Origin: Mobula hypostoma
Taxonomy: Eukaryota
Direction of reading: 5' to 3'
Assembly: GCF_963921235.1 (NCBI RefSeq)
Contig: NC_086097.1
Span: forward strand, 126,296,001 to 126,360,000
DNA: 64,000 nt
Positions within the stretch are counted from its first letter, which is position 1. Each line of letters begins with the position of its first letter. The position numbers were made by a program, and so were the translations under genes. Below the pieces are notes generated by a model that ran no database searches, was not told the DNA's origin, and worked only from the letters and a program-made list of their open reading frames with translations. Shown here in pieces: positions 53,401 through 62,400 of this stretch.

Positions 53401-56400
53401 TTGGGAATCCTTGTGCAGGATTCCCTAAGGGTTATTTTTGTCCATGTTGCTTTTAAGTAAAACGTACTGACAGGATCACAAAGGATCCATTTTGGAACAT
53501 AAATCAGATTGATCACAAAGATGGAAATTGTTTTTAAAAGCTGCTGATGCCAGAATTATGAGATAAAAATAGATAATACTAGAAACTCACAACAGGTCAA
53601 AAAGCATCTGTAGAAAAAGAAACAGTGTTAATATCTTCAAACTGAAACGGTAACTTTATTTCTCTTCCCATTAAAACTGCTGACCTACTGACTGTTTCCA
53701 GCATTGTATGGTGATCATTAGAGTAAGGAGATCCTTAGAGATCAAATATTGACCTATTCCAAATATTATCCATGGTGATCTGGATTCATGGTGATGATAT
53801 AAGAGCATGAGACCACAAGATAGAGGAGCAGAATTAGGCCATTTGGCCCATCGAGTCTGCTCCGCCATTTCATCATGGCTGATCCATTTTCCCTCTCAGC
53901 CCCAATCTCCAGCCTTCTCCCCATATCCCTTCATGCCCTGACCAATCTAGAATCTATCAACTTCTGCCTTAAATATACATAAACACTTTGCTACCATGCC
54001 GCATGTGGCAACGAATTCGACAGGTTCATCACTCTCTGGCTAAAGAAATTCCTTGTCATCTCCATTCTAAAACAATGCTTCTCTATTCTGAGACTGTGTT
54101 CTGTTGTCCTAGACTCTCCCACTATTGGAAACAACCTCTCCAGATCCACTCCATTCAGGCTTTCCAGCATTCAATAGGTTTCAATTACATCACCTCTCAT
54201 TCTTCTGGATTCCATGAATACAGGCCCACAGCCATCAAACGCTCTTCATATGACAAGCCATTCAATCTTGGTTTGAGAAACTCCTTTGAATCCTCTCCAG
54301 TGTCAGCAAATCCTTTTGAAGATAAGGGGCCCAAATCCATTCACAATACTCCAAGTGAGGCCTCACCAGTGCTTTATTAAGCCTCAACATTACATCCTTG
54401 CTTTTATATACTCGTCCTCCTGAAATGATTAGTAACATCACATTTAGAGTTTTGAATTTTTGCTACATTTAGAAAATAGTCTACCCTTTTATTTCTTCTA
54501 CCAAAGTGCATAACCATACACTTTCTGACACTGTATTCCATCTGCCACTTCTTTCTCCTTCTCCTAATCTGTCTAAGTCCTTCTGTAGCCTCTTTACATC
54601 CTTAAAACTACATGCCCCTCCACTTGTCTTCGTATCATCTGCAAAAAACCATCAATTCCATCATCCAAGTCATTGACATATAATGTAAAAAGAAGCGGTC
54701 CCAACACAGACCCCTATGGAACACCACCAGTCATAGGCAGTTAACCAGAAAAGGTCCCCTTTATTCCCGCTCTTTACCTCCTGCCAATCAGCTACTACTT
54801 TATCCATACTAGAACCTTTCAAGGTAAAGATCTCTCATGAAAATTATAAGGGATTTTGGTGAGACTGAACCTGGAATATTATGTAGTTTTTTTGGTCTAC
54901 ACCTAAAGAGGGGTTATACTTCACGCGAACAGGATACAGTGAGAATAAACTGGATTGTTTCATGGGATTTGACATTTGATAACAGATTGAGTGTTCCAAA
55001 CCTGTATTATTGAGAACCAGGGCAACAATCTGAAAAAAGGGGCAAACCATTAAGAGATTAGTGAATAGATACTGTGTGGAAGCTTATTAGATTTCTGGTT
55101 GTTAGGAATAAAGGAAAGTTCAGGAAAAAGGTGTCGAGGTAGAAGATCTTGATGAATGTCATATCAGTGCTGTAGGGTAGGAAATCTATCATTCTTACCA
55201 TGTCTGGCCTACTTGTGACTCTAAATCCACAGCAATATAGTTATGACCTGCCCTCTAAAAAGGCCTAGTATGAGAGGTGATTGATAAGTTCATGGCTTAA
55301 GGTAGAAGGAGTCAGTTTTAGAAAACCTAACACATTTATTTTTCAACATAGTCCCCTCCTACATGTACATACTTAGTCCAGTGGTCGTGGCACATATAGA
55401 TCCCTTCTTTGTAGAAGTGGTCCACAACAGGGGTGCTTGATAAGTTCGTGGCCTAAAGTAGAAGGAGATGAGTTATTAATTTCAAACTTTCTGCATTATC
55501 ACTCAGAGTTGAACTGTAGGTGCATGTAACGAGAACGTCTTGGACCTCCAGGTGGTCCACAGCAGGGGTGATTGATAAGTTCGTGGCCTTAGGTAGACGG
55601 CGATACAGCTCTTGTTACATGCATTGGTGGTTCAACTCTTTGAGTGAAAATGCAGAAAGTTTGAAGTTAAAAACTCATCTCCTTCCACCTTAGGCCATGA
55701 ACTTATCAATCACCCCTGCTGTGGTCCACTTACTGGAGGTCCAAGATGCCGACTTCTACAAAGAAGGGATCCGGATGCTCCACGACTGCTGGGCTAAGTG
55801 TGTAAATGTAGGAAAAATAAATGTGCTAGGTTTTCTAAAAATGACTCCTTCTACCTTAGGCCACGAACTTATCAATCTCCCCTCGTAAGATCACTTGGAA
55901 TCCATCTGGAAAAATTGCCCTGTTAATCTGTACCTCTACTTGCTGGAAGGACATTGACTATAAAAGCCTGCAATCACAATCACAGAAGTTTTCTTCCAAG
56001 CAACACAGCATCCTAATTTAGAAATATATTTGAGTTCATTCACCGTCAATAGGTCAGGATCCTGGAATTCCATCCCTACCAACATTGTGGGTGTACCCAT
56101 AACTCAAGGATTGCAGCAGTTTAAGAAGGCAACTCACCTTCACCTTCTCTAGAGCAATTAGGGATTGGCAGTTAATTGCTGGCTCAGTCACTTCCCTTGA
56201 ATAAACAAAGAAGGGTCCAATATCTTATTCCTGCTGGCAGTTCTAGTGTTCTGAATATAACTCTGTAAATACATTGATGTGCTAAGTGTGATATATGTAA
56301 TGAAGAAAGCTTCAAAAGATAAATTATGATAAAGGTGTAATAACATTTTTTTTCATTTTAAGGTCAAAATGAAGCGGCAATGTTTCTCTTGAATCTTGGT

Positions 56401-59400
56401 TGTGATGCTGGTGCTTTGGATGCTTTTGATCAAAGTTCTTTGAATATAATGTTGCTCAACATGCCTGAAGTGGTAAAATACTTACTAAAATTACTTAGAT
56501 TTTCTGTAAAAGATATTAGCTTTATGGAATATGCTTAATTTTACCCCATAGCCATCTAGTACGGTGGGATATTTTTCAGTATGGTAAAACAAAATCTGCC
56601 ATAGTGTTTTTGCTTAGGGTGTCATTTGCAAACCTGACACAAATTGTTTATGTTTCAATTGTAGTCTGTTGCTTTTGATGGAACCTATTTTTACAGTGGG
56701 GAGCAATCAGCAATTGGTACATGTATTTAGCATTAGTGATTGAAAGTTATTTTTCTGAACCCAGGATAATTTCTATGCATAATGACAGTTGAACATCTTA
56801 CAGAGTGACTCATCCAGTCTGTTACTTTTGATTCCAACTGACAAAAAGTGCATTTGATGCTTCTGTTAGTCACATTTTCTATTTGATCTATTCTTAGTGA
56901 ATCTGCCATATACTGCTGTGCAAATCTTGGCAATGATGAACCAGAATTAAATCTCATAAAGGAGAACATTTCACTAACGTTATGAACTTGTGAAATAGTC
57001 AGCTTATTTTTACGGTTACATTATATTAGCTTATAATTGACCCCTGAAAGAAATTTTCCCTTTGTTGTTAAAAAAGATTCTTCTGTTATCACTTCTCTGC
57101 AGATTGCCTGAATCAGCTCCTACTGAATACTTTAAATTCTCAGCATCCACATTGTTTTACAGTTTTCAACCTACTAGTGCCTCTTTTGATTTTGGACTAA
57201 TCAAATGTCTTCTGGAAGCACAACCTTTTCCCTCTGACTTTGAATCTAGATCTTTTTCCTTAGTCACTGGCTGATTCAACCCAACCTTAACTTTTTCCTT
57301 CAACTAATGCAGCCTTCTGGCCCTCAGCCAATTCATGATAAATTGACCATATTATTCAATTGAGTATTGTGGAAGTGGAATGGGAGGCAACTGCAGAACC
57401 TCCAGGAACCTTATTGTGAACAACTTTGATCTTCAGAATCATGTTTAGAACATATAACATAGAACATAGATATCTACAGCACATTACAGCCCCTTTGGCC
57501 TACAATGTTGTGCTGACCATGTAACCTATTCTAGAAGCTGCTTAGAATTACCCTACCGCATAGTGTTATATTTCTCTAAGCTCCATGTACCTATCTAACA
57601 GTCTCTTAAAAGACCCTATTGTATCTGCCTCCACCACCATCGCTGGCAGAACATTCCATGCACCCACCACTTACTCCTGACATCCCCTCTGTATCTGCTT
57701 CCAAGCACCTTAAAACTATGCCCCTCATGTTAGCCATTTTATCCCTGTGTAAAAGCCTCTGGCTATCCACATGATCAATGCTTCTCATCATCTTATACAC
57801 CTGTATCAGGTCACCTCTCCTCCATCGCTCCAAGGAGAAAAGGCAAAGTTCACTCAACTTGTTTTCATAAGGCATACTCTCCAATTCAGGTAACATCCTT
57901 GTAAATCTCCTCTGCACTTGCTATAGTATCCACATCCTTCCTGTAGTTAGGTTACCAGAACTGAACACAGTACTCCAAGTGGGGTCTAATTAAGGTCTTA
58001 TGTAGGTGTAACATTACCTCAGGGCTCTTGTTCTCAATCCCACAGTTGATGAATGCCAACACACCATACGCCTTCTGAACAATACTGTCAACCTGCGCAG
58101 CATCTTTGAGTGTCCTATGGACGCAGACCCCAAAATCTCTCTGATCCTCCACTGTGCCAAGACTCTTACCATTAATACTTTATTCTGTCTTCATATTTGA
58201 CATACCAAAATGGGTTGAACTCCATTTGCCACTTCTCAGCCCAGTTCTGCATCCTATGCCCTGCTATAACCCTGATAACACTCCAGACTATCCACAACAC
58301 CCCAACCTTTGTGTCATCAGCAGACTTTCTAACCCACCCTTCCATTTCTTCATCCAGGTCATTTATGAAAATCACAAAGAGTGGTGGGGGTGTTCCCAGA
58401 ACAAATCCCTGTGGAACACCACTGGCCACCAACCTCCATGCAGAATATGAACCATCTACTGCCACCCTTTGCCTTCTGTGAGCAAGTCAATTCTGGATCC
58501 ACAGTGCAAGGTCTCCTTGGATCCTATGCCTCCTTACTTTCTGAATGACCCTTGCATGGGGAACCTTATCAAATGTCTTACTAAAACCCATATACACTGC
58601 ATCCACAGCTCTACTTTCATCAATGTGTTTTGTTACAACCTCAAAGAATTCAATCAGACTCATAAGGCACGATCTGCCCTTGACAAAGCCGTGCTGCTAA
58701 TCAGATTATGCCTCTCCAAATGCTCATAAATCCTGCCTCTCAGGGTCTTCTCCAACAACTTGCCCACCACTGAAATAAGACTCACAGGTCTATAATTTTC
58801 TGGGTTATCTCTATACCCTTTCTTGAACAAGTGGACAACATTTGCAACCCTCCAGTCCTCCGGTACTTCTCCCATCCCCATTGATTATTGCAAAGGTAAT
58901 TGTCAAAGGCTCAACAGTCTCCTCCCTCACTTCCCACAGTAGCCTGGGGTATATCTTGTCTGGTTCTGGTTACTTATCTAATTTAATGCTTCTCAAAAGC
59001 TCCAACATATACTCTTTCTTAATGTTTATATGCTCAAGCTTTTCTGCCACTGTAAGTCATTCCCAGAATTGCCAAGGTCCTTTTCCCCTTTGACAGATAT
59101 TAATATTAATCTGTTTTGTTTTTACTAATTACAAGCAAGAGAAAATCTGCAGATGCTGGAAATCCAAACAACACACACAAAATGCTGGAGAAACTCAGCA
59201 GGCCAAGCAGCATCCATGGAAAAAAGTACAGTTGACATTTCAGGCCCAGACCCAGCATTTTGTGTGTTGCTTTGTTTTTACTAATTTTGTCTTTGGCAAC
59301 ATTTTATGTGATACCAATTGTTTCTGGGGCTTTCTGGAGTTGTCATTGTAGTTTTATCACAAAAGCAGTAGGTAAGGTCAGTAGAAATGGAAAGGGATAG

Positions 59401-62400
59401 AGTGGATAGGTGATTCTTCAGAAATAGAATGAAGAATCTGTAGAATTTCTCTATCTGTAGAATGTTAAAATAGTTGGAGAAAATAAACAGAATCAATTGT
59501 TCTGGCATCATGTAAAGGAAGAAGCTACTATGTGTGTTGAAATCCATCAATCCTTTCAGGAAAGTCAAAATAGTGAAAGACATTGTTCTCTTATTCATTA
59601 GAAGACTATCAGAATATGTTATATATTATTGTTTTTTACTTCCATGACCACTAATGATTTTCTACCAGCCCTTTTTAGTCCATCTCTTTTCCTTCTATGG
59701 AAAGAATTCAGAATGTCCCGGGATAACCACAAAACAAAGAAAAACATCAACCCTGCCACAATAAACTAACAAAAGTACAATTAGCAACACTCTCCCCACA
59801 TGAGAAGAAAAGAGATTGCATAACGGCAACAAGAGCAACAACTGCCCCACACAGAAAAACAAATCATGCTAACTCATTCTCTGACTTACACTTGAACTGC
59901 TCAGTTTTTTAACTCAATACATTTTTCACAGCAGTCAAATAGACTTTTCCCATTGCTATTATATTTTTTTAGAAAAATCTGCAAATATCAAATGACAAAT
60001 ATTTAATCCTTTACAGGCATATTAAACATTGTGCACTGGATGCTTATGGTAAGCACGTTCTATAAAAATCAGATCAGATTTTGAAAATATTGGCTGAGAA
60101 AAAGAAACAGCAGCTTAAGGTTGATATTGAAGAACAATTTCTGAACATGTAGTTTGTGAGTACGTATCTACAAAACAGCTTTGAAAATATGGTTTCTGTC
60201 ATATCTGCACTAGGAAACTATGTGGTGATATTGCTTACATTTCTCTTTGAGTGATAACTTCAGGTCAAGTGACAGAGGTATCACAGGAATTTGTTTTATT
60301 ATTTATTTAGGGATACAGTACAGTAACAGGCCCTTCCAGCCCAATGAACTTGCACTACCCAATTATACCCATGTGACCAATTAACCTGCTAACTCATATT
60401 TCCTTGGTGTATTGGTAGAAATTGGAGCACCCAGAAGAAGCCCAGGTGGTCATGGGGTGAACATACAGGCTTCTTACAGACAATGGCTGAATTGCACCCA
60501 GATTGCAAGCATTGTAATAGTGTTATGCTAACCACTATGCTACCCATTAGAACTTTTATAGAGGAAGCATAGAAATGCTCACGTTCAAAAACTATGTACG
60601 CATACAGTCTTCAATGATGCCCACACTTATCTTGATGGCTTTGAGGAATTGTTTAGAACCAGATGATTTTTCTAGTCTGCTGATCTGCCTCCAGACAAAT
60701 TCATTTGTCCGTTGATGTCAAGATCGTCACCCTCAACTACCTAATTTCAGGATTATTTCAGGCATTTCCTGAATTTATATAATATCTCACAGTTTGCTTC
60801 TCACAGCAGCAATAGGGAGGCCTTTAATGGTTCATACTCAAGGACAAGGATTAACTCTGTTACAAAAGAAGTTGAGGTGAAGCAAACATATGGACTTTCT
60901 AACATGGCTGGCTTCTCTGAAGTTAAGACAATACACTGGTCTGCAAGCAATTAGGTCTCCCTTTCTGAAGTCAGTACATTATGATCCATGAGTTTCTGCT
61001 CCTTCAGTCTTCAAATTGTGATTGACCATTTGTGGTATCTCAATTTTCCAGAAAGCTTGCATAGGACTCTTATCCTCAATGAGTCCAATTTGATGGGATT
61101 CTTTGGGACCAACACTGCCCTAACTGCTGAACCTATTCATCATTCCCAGGCTTCGACACCCTGGCCATGCTTCAATAACAAGCCAGGGTAGCACCAGGGG
61201 TCTAGTGGAGAATGCCCTTATCTCTTGGATGAGATTTTGTTGTTTGCATCAGTATGTCAACATATAGAGGAGGTAGCCTCTGCATCCAACATATCTGTTA
61301 GTTCCATAATTTTGCCAAAAGGTCTTCAGCCCGAAGTGCTAAAATTGTTTCGCTTTCTACTGATGTTGCCTGATCTGCTGAGTATTTTCAGCATTTTTTC
61401 TGTTTTAGTTCAGATTTCCAGTATCTGAAAATACTTTAATTTTATTTACATTCTCCAGAGACAACTGTTGGGACCTGAAAACGATGTGCCTCTAGTTGAA
61501 GAAACTATATGGTTGTGACTCTGTTCCTGATCAAACTGCTTTTGGCTATTGCATTTATGTAAGGTGTGCATAACCTAAAAGTGACTATGTAGTGACTGGT
61601 CTCCTTTGAATAATCACACCACATCTCATCATGGATCCGTGTAAATACTAATAGCAATTCACCCTATTCACTGTTTTAGTCATGAAATCATGAAGTTATA
61701 AAGAGGCAATAGTGCATCCTTGCTTAATAGTTTTACACAAGACATTCTTTACAAATGATTACCTTTATTATGAGGAGGCTTAGTTCATTAACAGCTGTGG
61801 CTTAACAGTTTAAATAAAACAGCCATTTGGTAGTTATATTAATGTCTTTTACAATGCAAATGTTGGAGTGATGGAAAAGGACTGGATGATGTTTGAGAAT
61901 AAGACTAATGGATTTTTGCTGGGTTTACTATTAAAGAGCTATAGAAAAAAAGTTGGGTAATAATACATAGCATGAACTCAAAGAATGGTGAGACCATATT
62001 GTTTTTATGTAATTATGCCAACAATATGGTAGAAGCTGTTACTGACCATTAGTCAGACCAGAATATAACTAACAAGAATGACCAATTTGTTTCAATGTTA
62101 TATACTAATCGTTTTATAAATTCTCCCCCTCTGAAGGCATTTGATGCATTAAATCAGTTCTACCTACTTGATCATTCAAACCAAGTACAGTTCTTTTACC
62201 TGAAATACCTGGAGCCAGATATCTTTGAAGGTGGGATTTATTTTAATATATGAACCGACGATTGTTGTGAGCAGATCTAATTAAAGTGGTAATTGATTAT
62301 TGTGTATCATTTTCTGGATATTCACTGGCACTTCTGTGTGAAAGTATCGCATTAGATAAAAATGCTTGGAAGTCCTTTTCATTGCTTTCTTTGGAAGGGC

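Noticed and set aside
55271..55885. CRISPR-like repeat array
   Set aside because: The repeats are mariner termini in both orientations with irregular spacing, in eukaryotic DNA.
60600..61320. Possible degenerate pol or RNase H remnant
   Set aside because: Only a weak HTDA-like match; insufficient evidence.
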